Part shown: positions 33,501 through 42,117 of the stretch, piece after piece | How the letters are laid out: every line of letters begins with the position of its first letter | Position numbering within the stretch: the first letter of the stretch is position 1 | Assembly (NCBI GenBank): GCA_964351225.1 | Contig: CAYGNG010000011.1 | Coordinates: 886-64,885, forward strand | Direction of reading: 5' to 3' | DNA from: an uncultured Gammaproteobacteria bacterium | GTDB taxonomy: Bacteria > Pseudomonadota > Gammaproteobacteria > CAYGNG01 | DNA: 64,000 nt | Made by a program: the position numbers and the translations under genes | The notes under the pieces: model-generated | Database searches by the model: none | Seen by the model: the letters and a program-made list of their open reading frames with translations, nothing else | Told to the model about the DNA's origin: nothing

Positions 33501-33562
33501 TCTAAATCTTGGATGGTAGAACCGGTATCTGGGTACATAAAAAACACTCCTTTTGTTGTCAC
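30485..33562 (-). CDS. Large hypothetical protein (about 1025 aa), candidate secreted effector
   Basis: Uninterrupted 3 kb ORF with an acidic N-terminal region and no recognisable catalytic motif. The alternative start MYPDTGS is 8 codons downstream. Confidence 0.55.
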   Translation of the reverse strand: MTTKGVFFMYPDTGSTIQDLDAAQIEGQPLNLQQYEHDDDSDQEEGAPPRAARPISQASAAYVAPQEDKKEDPILQELMFSLTVGQKAQAFRIALATNAKVLTGGGELSSYGSLDFRFKPVSAEQAADSELKLEKNITPELGTITQEVFRPHYKSDESVGIFITQLEQLLATGAVQSMHAWCPFAKGEDDQKVDEDRFNFLAGPALNLQGMLLHMMERYYRAHAIPLGEDSAFGGPDLDVDELLLQLFNQWDQGNACYRKETGEVDVERVCELLHTTEVILTRKQLRNFGLLYILEHQYTAPAVRDFYQQDKVNFGILPFARRHQVKTFLENQPALLQSQNPKLALGAMVKKEGEEMDSLAQRYKTAPLMAVRQGNGGMRRRITVPCNEVRPRDKTRENSLKAEMYGEASPVEGAPGFGKLPPVCIRWQPGATAHVLAQVQAVFDYHPKKSSALARLPAVIQGKPERVAYKHFSGAPSARDLLEHASDSTQALQGVREMLQTLDQMPSCVIEQFGDLKVVIPVSDDKVTTESQEAKTLVDLVCKTLALSADVIRIIKTDSHKVYEQGDKKVKIPVLMITLKIGPLAFKRHIEKNRRKIAASVAQLQDGQAGRFAGLVSGYDPHVQSPEIETFYDNLARGVNVHEWRPFLEKNPALVTQILFDGRVHKLETLANWVTYHLTKIPMPELVWIFSRPGMKVLRFFTNQFGLTPIHEALARGVSPEELFTLLVLGGYHVNTVTARINGYRYTALDFLEIYKDKNPEYDVLRAMLLAEGALRGNGPLYRAYDHVDSRIDIPSNLIRLISGTLVTNAQGKVTTVDFASFKALLEEQYLLKNPVWNFSCEEVYVNQGIGGLNLLQVLLRADNPGYLQYILGKWREQRSANSVASEAKSEPEMSGFDFMGSLGNTMGMFSQSGRNAARSAPNQLMDDASKFIAKGFDAVATWIKNGKFAVNPTNTAKLKQLLATIPLQQLESALDSIRHGAYSSVCQHVTEYATQSGDVALKESLVSSMGRQLSASTSSPAFC

Positions 33563-33685
33563 TTTTTATTGTAAAAAGCATTCTACGGAAACAGGCAAGC
33601 ACAGAGCTAAACAATTTTAGTTTATGGAAAGTTAAACTCCGGTTTTGACGCCGGGCAAGCTTGGGGTGAATCGTTACAAAATTTT

Positions 33686-35032
33686 TTATTTTCCAATGCA
33701 AAAAGCTGAAAAAATTCTAGTGAGTAAATCTTCACTGGTAAATTGTCCGGTGATTTCACCAAGCGCTCGTTGTGCAAAAGAAAGCTCCTCTGCCAGTAAT
33801 TCACCAGCACCCTCGTTTTGCAGGCACGCCAATCCTTGCTGTAACGCTTTTTCTGCGGTATTTAAGGCTTCAATATGCCGTCGACGCGCGATAAAAGGGG
33901 AATCCATGTTTTCAGCCACCCCTAGGATTGTTTTTAAATGTTGCTTTAGTAAATCCACCCCCCGATCGGCCTTAAGCGAAATATAAATTTCATTTGGGAT
34001 GGTGTGTGTTTTTATGTGTGTACAGTAGTTGTGTGTTAAATCAATTTTATTATACACAATGGTTGTTTTACTGGGATCAATCGTTTCAGGTAATAATGAC
34101 CAATCGATGGTGTCGTCTTGTGCCAAATCAACTAACATTAACACATGATCGGCTTCTTTAATGGTTTTTAGTGTGCGTCGCATACCCTCTTGCTCGACCA
34201 CATCCCGGGTTTCGCGCAAGCCGGCGGTATCCATTATATGTAAAGGAATACCGTCAAGTTGTATGGATTCCTTTATAACATCGCGCGTGGTGCCGGCAAT
34301 ATCGGTGACAATAGCGCTATCATAGCCACTGAGCTTGTTGAGTAAACTCGATTTTCCCGCATTGGGTTTCCCCACAATGGCAATCGTCATCCCTTCTCTT
34401 AATAATTGTCCGTGTTTGGCTTGCGTTTTGATGGCTTCGATTTGGGAGATCAACACCTGCAGTTGTCTAAGCACTTTGCCATCAGAAAAGAAATCAATGT
34501 CTTCTTCGGCAAAATCCATGGCCGCCTCAACATACATCCGCAAATGGATTAATGCGTCAACGAGCTGGGTAATTTGTGAAGAAAACTCGCCTTGCAGTGA
34601 ACGCAGTGCGCTTTGCGCCGCTTGTGTGGTTTGGGCGTCAATCAGATCGGCGATGGCTTCAGCTTGCGCTAAATCAATCTTATCGTTTAAAAAAGCGCGT
34701 AATGAAAATTCACCCGGTTTTGCAAATCGCGCCCCCAGCGAAACCACCCGCTGTAATAAACGTTCGACCACCAGTGGTCCACCATGACAATGCAACTCCA
34801 AAACATCTTCCCCGGTAAAAGAATGCGGCGCAGGGAAAAACAAGGCTAAGCCTTCATCAATGACCTCGCCCGGTACCTCAGCGAGGAAGCGGCGAAATTC
34901 CGCCATTCTCGGCCTGGGCTTTTTTGCTAAAATTTGTTCGGCGATGGTTATTACGAGCGGCCCAGATACCCGAACAATCGCCACACCGCCCCGCCCAGGC
35001 GGTGTGGCTCGCGCCGCAATGGTTTCAGCCAT
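33686..35032 (-). CDS. mnmE: tRNA modification GTPase
   Basis: GKPNAGKSSLLN G1 motif, DTAGLRE G3 motif, C-terminal CIGK. Confidence 0.95.
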   Translation of the reverse strand: MAETIAARATPPGRGGVAIVRVSGPLVITIAEQILAKKPRPRMAEFRRFLAEVPGEVIDEGLALFFPAPHSFTGEDVLELHCHGGPLVVERLLQRVVSLGARFAKPGEFSLRAFLNDKIDLAQAEAIADLIDAQTTQAAQSALRSLQGEFSSQITQLVDALIHLRMYVEAAMDFAEEDIDFFSDGKVLRQLQVLISQIEAIKTQAKHGQLLREGMTIAIVGKPNAGKSSLLNKLSGYDSAIVTDIAGTTRDVIKESIQLDGIPLHIMDTAGLRETRDVVEQEGMRRTLKTIKEADHVLMLVDLAQDDTIDWSLLPETIDPSKTTIVYNKIDLTHNYCTHIKTHTIPNEIYISLKADRGVDLLKQHLKTILGVAENMDSPFIARRRHIEALNTAEKALQQGLACLQNEGAGELLAEELSFAQRALGEITGQFTSEDLLTRIFSAFCIGK

Positions 35033-35041
35033 GAAACTGTC

Positions 35042-36706
35042 TCATCGCATTAACCATTTGGGTTTGCTGTTTTTATTTTTTTGCGGTTTCGTTTTAACTT
35101 CTTTTTTGCTATCAAATGTTTTAATAATCCACCATTGCTGCAGCATGGATAACACGTTATTGGTAAACCAATATAACACCAGCCCTGAAGGGAAATTCAT
35201 GAATAACCCGGTAAATAATATCGGCATAAACATCATAACTTTCGCCTGCATGGGATCGGGCGGGGCCGGGCTCATGCGCTGTTGTAAAAACATCGAAGCC
35301 CCCATAAGTATTGGTAATATGTAAAAGGGATCTTTAACGGAAAGATCGTGGATCCAAAAAATAAACGGTGCTTGTCTTAATTGCACGCTTTCGACGATAA
35401 CCCAATATAACGCTAAGAATACCGGGATTTGCGGGATAATCGCCAAACAACCACCAAAAGGGCTTACGGCTTCATCGCGGTAAAGCTTCATAGTGGCTTC
35501 GGTTAATTGTTGTTTGTCATGCCCAAATTGTTCTTTGATGGCTTCTAAGCGCGGGTGCAATTCTCGCAATCTTGCCATGGAGCGATAGCTGGATTCGGAT
35601 AGTTTATAAAACAACAGCTTGATTGATAAGGTCACAAAAATAATTGCCCAGCCCCAATTACCAAAAAGCACATAAAATTGTTTCATTAACCAAAATATTG
35701 CTTCTGAGATAAACCATAAATGACCATAATCCACCGCCAATTTTAAATACGGTGCGGCTTGTTTTAATCTATCGGACTCGGTAGGGCCTGAATAAAATTT
35801 TGTTCCGATTGTTTGGCTGCTATTAGCCGGAACAGAAAAAACACCACTGGCAAAACCAATTGTGTAAAGATCATTTTTTGCTTTGGTATAAAAATGTGTT
35901 TTGTGGCTTTGCGAGGGGATCCACGCGCTTAAGAAATAATGTTGCAACATTGCAGCCCAACCACCCACAATCGTGCGTGAAAGATTGGCTTTCTCCATGT
36001 CTGAAAAACTCAATTTTTCAAAGTGTTGTTCCGGGCTTGAGAGCGCTGCGCCCGTATACGTGGAAGCTGCAAAGCGTTGACTGGCTTGAATCGGTGGTTT
36101 TCTGGTAATTTCATTGTAATAATAACCATCCCATGGTTTGTTTTGCTTGTTGTTCACCACAAAATCGACAGCAACCAAATACTGGTTTCGATAAAAAGTA
36201 AATACTTTATCAATGGCTAGTCCACCCGTTATGGGTGCTTTTAATCGGACTTCCACTTTGTCGTCGTTGTGTTTCAAGGCGTACGATTGACTATCTGTTT
36301 TGAATTGAATAAGCGCGGTATTGTCTGCGCCATTGCTCGCAACCATTGAGCTATTGGCCACATAATATTCCTCTGGTTTGGGATTTAATAACGTGACTTT
36401 CGCGGAGTTTTTTTGCAACGTTTCGGGATATTGTAATAACTGGGTTTGCGTGATTTTGCCACCCAAGGTATCAATGGTAACCGATAACACATCGGTATCA
36501 ACCTGGATCAGTCGATTTTCAGGATGGCTCTCGGGGATAACGGTCGCATGGTTTAACGACAGCGCCGGTTCTGGTAATGTGTCTAAACCCGTTTGCGCCG
36601 TAACGGGCGCATTTGAAGACACACCGTAATCACGCTCCCACGCATTCCATAATAAAAAAGTAACCATGAATAACGCTGCTAATAATAATGACCGTTGTGC
36701 TTCCAT
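35042..36706 (-). CDS. yidC: Membrane protein insertase YidC
   Basis: 554 aa, with a large periplasmic domain and the conserved C-terminal five-transmembrane core. Confidence 0.95.
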   Translation of the reverse strand: MEAQRSLLLAALFMVTFLLWNAWERDYGVSSNAPVTAQTGLDTLPEPALSLNHATVIPESHPENRLIQVDTDVLSVTIDTLGGKITQTQLLQYPETLQKNSAKVTLLNPKPEEYYVANSSMVASNGADNTALIQFKTDSQSYALKHNDDKVEVRLKAPITGGLAIDKVFTFYRNQYLVAVDFVVNNKQNKPWDGYYYNEITRKPPIQASQRFAASTYTGAALSSPEQHFEKLSFSDMEKANLSRTIVGGWAAMLQHYFLSAWIPSQSHKTHFYTKAKNDLYTIGFASGVFSVPANSSQTIGTKFYSGPTESDRLKQAAPYLKLAVDYGHLWFISEAIFWLMKQFYVLFGNWGWAIIFVTLSIKLLFYKLSESSYRSMARLRELHPRLEAIKEQFGHDKQQLTEATMKLYRDEAVSPFGGCLAIIPQIPVFLALYWVIVESVQLRQAPFIFWIHDLSVKDPFYILPILMGASMFLQQRMSPAPPDPMQAKVMMFMPILFTGLFMNFPSGLVLYWFTNNVLSMLQQWWIIKTFDSKKEVKTKPQKNKNSKPKWLMR

Positions 36707-36726
36707 TTTATAACCATACCCTTCAT

Positions 36727-36987
36727 TTATTTGTCTTTTGTTGTAGGAAGCGGATCATAGCCCCCTATATGCCACGGATGGCATTTACGTAATCGTTGAA
36801 GTGTTAATACGATACCTGTTCGGATCCCATATTCGCGAATAGCCGCTGCTGAATAATGCGAGCAGGTTGGGTAAAATCGGCAATGCACTGGGAGGAAAGC
36901 CGAAAAGATGAGTTGATATGCGCGTATCAACCCGAGTAACACGCTTTTAATCCCTGAGGTAACCGATTTCACTGGCTTATTTCCCAT
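36727..36987 (-). CDS. yidD: Membrane protein insertion efficiency factor YidD
   Basis: 86 aa, with YQ..FS....CRF.P.CS.Y cysteine motifs. Confidence 0.8.
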   Translation of the reverse strand: MGNKPVKSVTSGIKSVLLGLIRAYQLIFSAFLPVHCRFYPTCSHYSAAAIREYGIRTGIVLTLQRLRKCHPWHIGGYDPLPTTKDK

Positions 36988-37313
36988 AGTTTCCGCTCGA
37001 CTTGCGCTTTCAATTGCTTGGAATCTATTTTTTCAGTTCCTTTGGATACTAAAATAACGATATCGTGTCCAGCCAATGCGTGTTGATGACAACGGAAATT
37101 TTCTCGAATAATTCGCCGCACTCGATTCCGCCACGCGGCCTTTTTTATGTTTTTTTTGGCTATAATAATACCAATTCGGGCAAATGCTAATTGGTTCGCG
37201 CGATGCAATAAGAGAAAATTCCTCGAGTGGACGCGTTTGGCGTCAGCAAATACCGCGGTAAAACCATCCGATGTAAGACGAAGCTTGCGCCCAAAAGACA
37301 GGTCAGAGGTATT
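36969..37313 (-). CDS. rnpA: RNase P protein component. The 5' end is uncertain and probably a non-ATG start.
   Basis: RNase P RNR-like motif IAKKNIKKAAWRNRVRRIIRE. The ORF-track version (201 aa) is over-extended across rpmH. Confidence 0.75.
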   Translation of the reverse strand, partial: NTSDLSFGRKLRLTSDGFTAVFADAKRVHSRNFLLLHRANQLAFARIGIIIAKKNIKKAAWRNRVRRIIRENFRCHQHALAGHDIVILVSKGTEKIDSKQLKAQVERKLWEISQ

Positions 37314-37318
37314 TAAAC

Positions 37319-37453
37319 TCAGGCACTCAACCGTTTCCGGCCTTTCGCGCGGCGATGATTGATTATTTTCCTTCCGTTTTTGGTGCTCATTCGCTTGCGA
37401 AACCCGTGATCCCGTTTTCGCTTCAGATTGCTGGGTTGAAAAGTTCTTTTCAT
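37319..37453 (-). CDS. rpmH: 50S ribosomal protein L34
   Basis: I translated this by hand: [44 protein letters not shown], 44 aa. It is missing from the ORF track because it is under 60 aa and in a different frame from the over-extended rnpA ORF. Confidence 0.9.
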   Translation of the reverse strand: MKRTFQPSNLKRKRDHGFRKRMSTKNGRKIINHRRAKGRKRLSA

Positions 37454-37600
37454 TATATTTCACCGATGTCATTGATTTATAAAGGTTGACGCAAAGAGAC
37501 GGGATCCTATGTGATAGGCGGGGATTTGTCAAATAAAAGTTCATAGCCTTTTTTCCTTCTTTCATCATTAACATATCTTAATATTTTATTTTTTTATGAT

Positions 37601-37706
37601 GGTTATTAGTCGCGTTTTTATGAGGATAAGGTTTTTTTTGTTATTTTTATCAAACGGTTATGATATGAATAAAAAACCCATTTGGGTTGGGTGTGTTTGT
37701 GGATAA
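37601..37706. promoter_or_regulatory. Second DnaA-box cluster (TGAGGATAA at 37601-37609, perfect TGTGGATAA at 37698-37706) in an AT-rich tract just downstream of rpmH
   Basis: Consensus matches as seen in the sequence. A T-rich region lies at 37560-37690. Confidence 0.5.
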
Positions 37707-37815
37707 AATTGTAACGTGGTGGTGGTGTGTTTACGATTTTAACGATACAGTAAAAAACGCCATTTTTATCACAAGGTCATTTGCAGATTACTCACAACTT
37801 TACAGGGTTATTCGA

Positions 37816-38979
37816 ATGAGGGAAAAATACGCACTTCTGGTTTTTTTATTGGTTTGCTCGCTTTCTGCTTATGCGCAAAGTGACGACAGATTTTTAATCG
37901 TGGTTGATGCCGGCAGCCGTGGTACGCGATTGCACCTCTATTCTCTTCACTATTCGCTAGGCAACCTATTAATTATCAATGAATTATCAGATCCCAACCG
38001 CCTGCAAACGGGTAATATTGATGCTTTTGCAGAGGATCCTCATCAAGCAGGCCAACAGGTAAAGCCACTTTTTGCGCTGGCTAGTGCCATGATCGAAAAA
38101 GAAGGTGGTGATCCGAAACAAGTTTCAGCCTATTTCTACGCAACAGCCGGAATGCGCTTATTGGAGCAAAAAAATCCAATAAAAGCGCGCACCATCTATC
38201 AAAGCATTCGTTTGCAGATGCAAAAATATTTTCAGGTAAAAGCGGTTCGTACTTTATCCGGGGTATGGGAGGGTATTTATAATTGGATTGGTATTAACTA
38301 CCTATTAGGTCGGTTACAAGACCCCAAAAAAACAGTTGCGGCATTAGATATGGGAGGCGCCTCGACGCAAATTACTTATTCGGTGGAAAGCCATCAAGCG
38401 GCTGATCTTATCCCGGTCCGAGTGGGGCATTATAAATACAATGTGTTGTCACACTCTTTTTTAGGTTTGGGACAAAACCAAGCGGAACAAAATGTGGGTT
38501 TTGTCGCTGCCTGCTATCCCCAAAACGCATTGCCTGGATCCGAAACGGCTTTTGTTTTCCAACCGTGCGCCATGCGTCTTACCGCTTTGCTCGATAAATA
38601 TCACATAGCGAACGCGTTTAAGCACAAAATTGAAGCGGATGAACAGTTTCTAGGGGTCTCCGGGTATTATTACGTGGGCGATTTTTTTGGGATTTCAGAC
38701 AAAAGCTATCCAATACAAGCGCTGCATGATCAGATCGTGGCGGTTTGTTCACAACCGTATCGTCGGATCCAACAACAACATCCGCAAATCGATCCCAAAT
38801 ACCTCGCGCATTATTGCTTCCAAGGCGTTTATCAATACGTCTTGTTGACACAGGGTTACGGACTATCGGAGGCATCTACCGCGGAGCGCTATAATATCCT
38901 CAATGCGGTTACCACCGCCCGCGGCACCGTAATTCCGTCGTGGAGTCTCGGCGTAGCGGTTTCGCAAGGAATGCCTTAA
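37816..38979 (+). CDS. Secreted GDA1/CD39-family nucleoside triphosphate diphosphohydrolase (apyrase), eukaryotic-like
   Basis: Apyrase conserved regions VVDAGSRGTRLHLY (ACR1), YATAGMRLL (ACR2) and LDMGGASTQITY (ACR4). Signal peptide MREKYALLVFLLVCSLSAYA when started at ATG 37816. Confidence 0.8.
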   Translation: MREKYALLVFLLVCSLSAYAQSDDRFLIVVDAGSRGTRLHLYSLHYSLGNLLIINELSDPNRLQTGNIDAFAEDPHQAGQQVKPLFALASAMIEKEGGDPKQVSAYFYATAGMRLLEQKNPIKARTIYQSIRLQMQKYFQVKAVRTLSGVWEGIYNWIGINYLLGRLQDPKKTVAALDMGGASTQITYSVESHQAADLIPVRVGHYKYNVLSHSFLGLGQNQAEQNVGFVAACYPQNALPGSETAFVFQPCAMRLTALLDKYHIANAFKHKIEADEQFLGVSGYYYVGDFFGISDKSYPIQALHDQIVAVCSQPYRRIQQQHPQIDPKYLAHYCFQGVYQYVLLTQGYGLSEASTAERYNILNAVTTARGTVIPSWSLGVAVSQGMP

Positions 38980-39068
38980 CCCCCCGTTATTGCGTTTTGC
39001 GCCCGGAATTAGCGCTGCGTTGGGGTTTCGGGTGCCGCGGTTAATCTACCCCCGTGTTTTATCTCGCA

Positions 39069-39184
39069 ATTATTATAAATATATATATTTTTATTTGGTT
39101 GTTATTATTAATCGCGTTTTAATCCGAATATCTGTTATTTTGTTATTTAAATCAATTAGTTGCTTATTAAAAATCAGTGGATAA
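39069..39184. promoter_or_regulatory. AT-rich candidate DNA-unwinding element plus a near-consensus DnaA box (AGTGGATAA, 39176-39184). Probable oriC core.
   Basis: About 100 bp of more than 80% A+T (attattataaatatatatatttttattt...) directly upstream of a cluster of DnaA boxes (39176-39184 and 39303-39311, plus TTATACACA at 39256-39264). Confidence 0.55.
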
Positions 39185-39302
39185 CTCTCTGAACAACTTT
39201 TCTCTCTGTGTCGTAAACTTTTATTATAATGTGAACAACCCGCGCTTCCTCCTTGTTATACACAACATAAAGGCAGGAGGAGGGTGCGTTTTCCCTAATA
39301 TG

Positions 39303-39311
39303 TGTGGATAA
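39303..39311 (+). promoter_or_regulatory. Perfect DnaA box (TGTGGATAA) 39 bp upstream of dnaA
   Basis: Exact reverse complement of the TTATCCACA consensus. Confidence 0.7.
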
Positions 39312-39349
39312 CTCAAGCCCCTCAAGGTAAACTCAACGGCTAAGTAAGA

Positions 39350-40780
39350 TTGACGGAAAAACCGTATTTTGAGGAGAAGCGCTTGGCCGAGTCGTCAGCA
39401 ATTTGGGAAAATTGCTTAGAAAAGCTGCAGGATGAAATTTCCCAACAACAATTTAATACCTGGTTACGGCCGCTACAAGCCGAAGAACGCGACAACAAGC
39501 TGTGGTTATTTGCTCCGAATCGTTTTGTGCTGGATTGGATTAGTGATAAATTTTTACCACGAATTAATGATGTGTTGCGAATGATTTGTCACGACAAATC
39601 ACCCCCGGTCGTCGTTCTTGAAATAGGAAGCAAGAGCGATGGTGCGTTAGGGCGTTTTTCAACACCAGAAACGCGGGACGCCGCAGTGGTTCGAACGAAC
39701 AACGCCCCGACCCCCATTGGGGATCTGGTTTCCGCCCCCGGCGGGGGGGGGGAAGCGCATCGCAGCAACATCAATCGAACCTTTACCTTTGAGAATTTTG
39801 TAGAAGGCAAATCGAACCAGCTGGCACGAGCGGCTTCTATGCAAGTGGCGGAAAATCCTGGCGCGGCTTACAATCCCTTGTTTCTTTACGGTGGTGTCGG
39901 GTTGGGTAAAACGCACTTAATGCACGCGGTGGGTAACTTAATTATAGAACACAAACCCAATGCGAAGGTCTTGTATTTGCACTCGGAGCGTTTTGTTGCC
40001 GACATGGTAAAAGCGCTGCAGACTAATCGCATGAACGATTTTAAGCGGTATTACCGGTCAGTGGATGCGTTATTAATCGATGACATCCAGTTTTTTGCGG
40101 GTAAAGATCGGTCGCAAGAAGAGTTTTTCCATACGTTTAATGCGCTGCTGGAAGGGCAGCAACAAGTCATCCTAACGTGTGACCGCTATCCCAAAGAAAT
40201 AAAAGGCCTAGAAGAAAGATTAAAATCTCGATTTGGATGGGGGTTGACGGTTGCCGTTGAACCACCAGAGTTGGAAACGCGCGTTGCCATTTTAATCTCG
40301 AAAGCACAACAGTCAAACATCGAATTACCCCACGAAGTGGCTTTCTTTGTTGCTAAGCGGATCCGCTCAAACGTTCGAGAGCTGGAAGGCGCCCTAAAAA
40401 GAATCATTGCAAATGCTCATTTTACCGGGAAGCCCATCACGATAGATTTTGTCAGAGAAGCACTAAAAGATTTATTAAGCTTACAAGACAAGCTTATCAC
40501 GATAGAGAACATCCAAAAAACCGTGGCGGAATATTACAAAATTCGCGTATCCGATTTATTATCGAAACGACGCAGTCGTTCAGTTGCCAGGCCAAGGCAA
40601 ACAGCAATGGCACTCGCAAAAGAATTAACGAACCATAGCCTTCCTGAAATCGGGGATGCTTTCAATGGGCGTGACCATACCACGGTGTTGCATGCTTGCC
40701 GCACAATCAAGACATTGCGCGAATCCAATGTTGATCTTGAGCAAGATTTTATGAATTTGTTGCGAATATTAAGCACATAG
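39350..40780 (+). CDS. dnaA: Chromosomal replication initiator DnaA
   Basis: AAA+ [10 protein letters not shown], DnaA signature, C-terminal DNA-binding domain. TTG start as given by the ORF track. Confidence 0.95.
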   Translation: MTEKPYFEEKRLAESSAIWENCLEKLQDEISQQQFNTWLRPLQAEERDNKLWLFAPNRFVLDWISDKFLPRINDVLRMICHDKSPPVVVLEIGSKSDGALGRFSTPETRDAAVVRTNNAPTPIGDLVSAPGGGGEAHRSNINRTFTFENFVEGKSNQLARAASMQVAENPGAAYNPLFLYGGVGLGKTHLMHAVGNLIIEHKPNAKVLYLHSERFVADMVKALQTNRMNDFKRYYRSVDALLIDDIQFFAGKDRSQEEFFHTFNALLEGQQQVILTCDRYPKEIKGLEERLKSRFGWGLTVAVEPPELETRVAILISKAQQSNIELPHEVAFFVAKRIRSNVRELEGALKRIIANAHFTGKPITIDFVREALKDLLSLQDKLITIENIQKTVAEYYKIRVSDLLSKRRSRSVARPRQTAMALAKELTNHSLPEIGDAFNGRDHTTVLHACRTIKTLRESNVDLEQDFMNLLRILST

Positions 40781-40989
40781 CGCTTCTGGTTTTGACGCCG
40801 GAGGGCACCAAGAGCCTTGTCTGGGGCTTGTGGCGCCTAAGGAGCCGGTTGTTTTGATGTTTCAGCACGGTTGGGGTGGATAGTTACGGTTATTTAGGAC
40901 TTACGATAAACGATGCTAGGCGAGTTTTTAATAAAATATCGCTCGTTTTGCGCAAGTCCTATTATTTTAAGATAGGTCTGGATGCTGCG

Positions 40990-42093
40990 ATGGAATTTAG
41001 CATACAACGCGAGTTGTTTTTAAAAGTGTTGCAACCGATAGTTGGCGTTGTGGAAAAGCGACAATCCCAGCCGATTCTAGGGAATGTGTTGCTGTCCGTG
41101 GCGGGCCAACAATTATCGCTAACAGCGACCGATCTGGAAGTTGAATTGGTCGGATATGTGGATATCCATGATAGTACCGTGAGTGGCGATGTGACCGTTC
41201 CTGCGAGAAAACTTTTAGATATTTGTAAAAATCAGCCGGAAAACACAAGAATAAACTTTTGCCTAGATAAAAATAAGGCTATCTTGCGGACCAAGCGTGG
41301 ACGGTATTCGCTTTCTACTTTACCGGCAACCGAATACCCTAATGTTGAAGACAGCCTGGGTCTTTTGGAATTCTCCATGGCGCAAAAAGATTTGCGTTTT
41401 TTAATTGAGCGAACGCATTTTGCGATGGCTCATCAGGATGTTCGTTATTACCTCAATGGTATTCTATTAGACGTGGAAAAAAACCACATTCGTTGTGTGG
41501 CGACCGATGGCCACCGTCTGGCCTTTTCTTCTGTGGCACTGGGTAATGATTATGAAAAGCATCAAGTCATTATTCCGCGCAAAGGCATCATGGAGCTGTT
41601 GCGGCTCATCCAGGACTCAGACGAGAAAGTGTCTATTACGTTGAGTAGAAACCATATTTTATTGCGGATGAATGATTTCCTGTTTCGTTCAAAGTTGATT
41701 GATGGTCGGTTCCCGGAGTTTGAGAAGGTCATCCCCAAGCGGTGCGATAAGAAATTTACCATTGACCGCGATGTGATCCGCGACGCTTTGGTTCGGGTTT
41801 CGGTTTTGTGCAACGAAAAATTCAAAGGGGTTCACCTGCAGCTCAAGGGCGGGCAGGTTAAATTATGCGCTAGCAACCCAGAGCATGAAGAAGCGGAGGA
41901 ATTCGTTGAATTGACCGGTTACGATGGGGAAGATTTGGAAATCGGTTTCAACGTGAAATATTTATTGGAAGTATTAAATACCTTAGCCCCTGGTGAGGTG
42001 CGGTTTTCCATGGTGGATCCCAGTAGTAGCATCCTTTTAGAGGAAGTGTCCGGGATCCCGTGTCGATATGTCATTATGCCGATGCGGTTATAA
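40990..42093 (+). CDS. dnaN: DNA polymerase III beta sliding clamp
   Basis: The MEFSIQRELFLKVLQ N-terminus is typical of DnaN. I trimmed the ORF-track start (40876) to the ATG at 40990. Confidence 0.93.
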   Translation: MEFSIQRELFLKVLQPIVGVVEKRQSQPILGNVLLSVAGQQLSLTATDLEVELVGYVDIHDSTVSGDVTVPARKLLDICKNQPENTRINFCLDKNKAILRTKRGRYSLSTLPATEYPNVEDSLGLLEFSMAQKDLRFLIERTHFAMAHQDVRYYLNGILLDVEKNHIRCVATDGHRLAFSSVALGNDYEKHQVIIPRKGIMELLRLIQDSDEKVSITLSRNHILLRMNDFLFRSKLIDGRFPEFEKVIPKRCDKKFTIDRDVIRDALVRVSVLCNEKFKGVHLQLKGGQVKLCASNPEHEEAEEFVELTGYDGEDLEIGFNVKYLLEVLNTLAPGEVRFSMVDPSSSILLEEVSGIPCRYVIMPMRL

Positions 42094-42117
42094 GCGACAT
42101 GAACAGCTTTAGAAATA

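Noticed and set aside
37319-40780. Assignment to Coxiella burnetii on the basis of GC (~43-45%) and gene content
   Set aside because: As I recall, in Coxiella rpmH is not adjacent to dnaA and GGDEF/EAL proteins are scarce. The rpmH-(insert)-dnaA arrangement and the effector-like repertoire fit a Legionella-like genome better. I leave species identity open.
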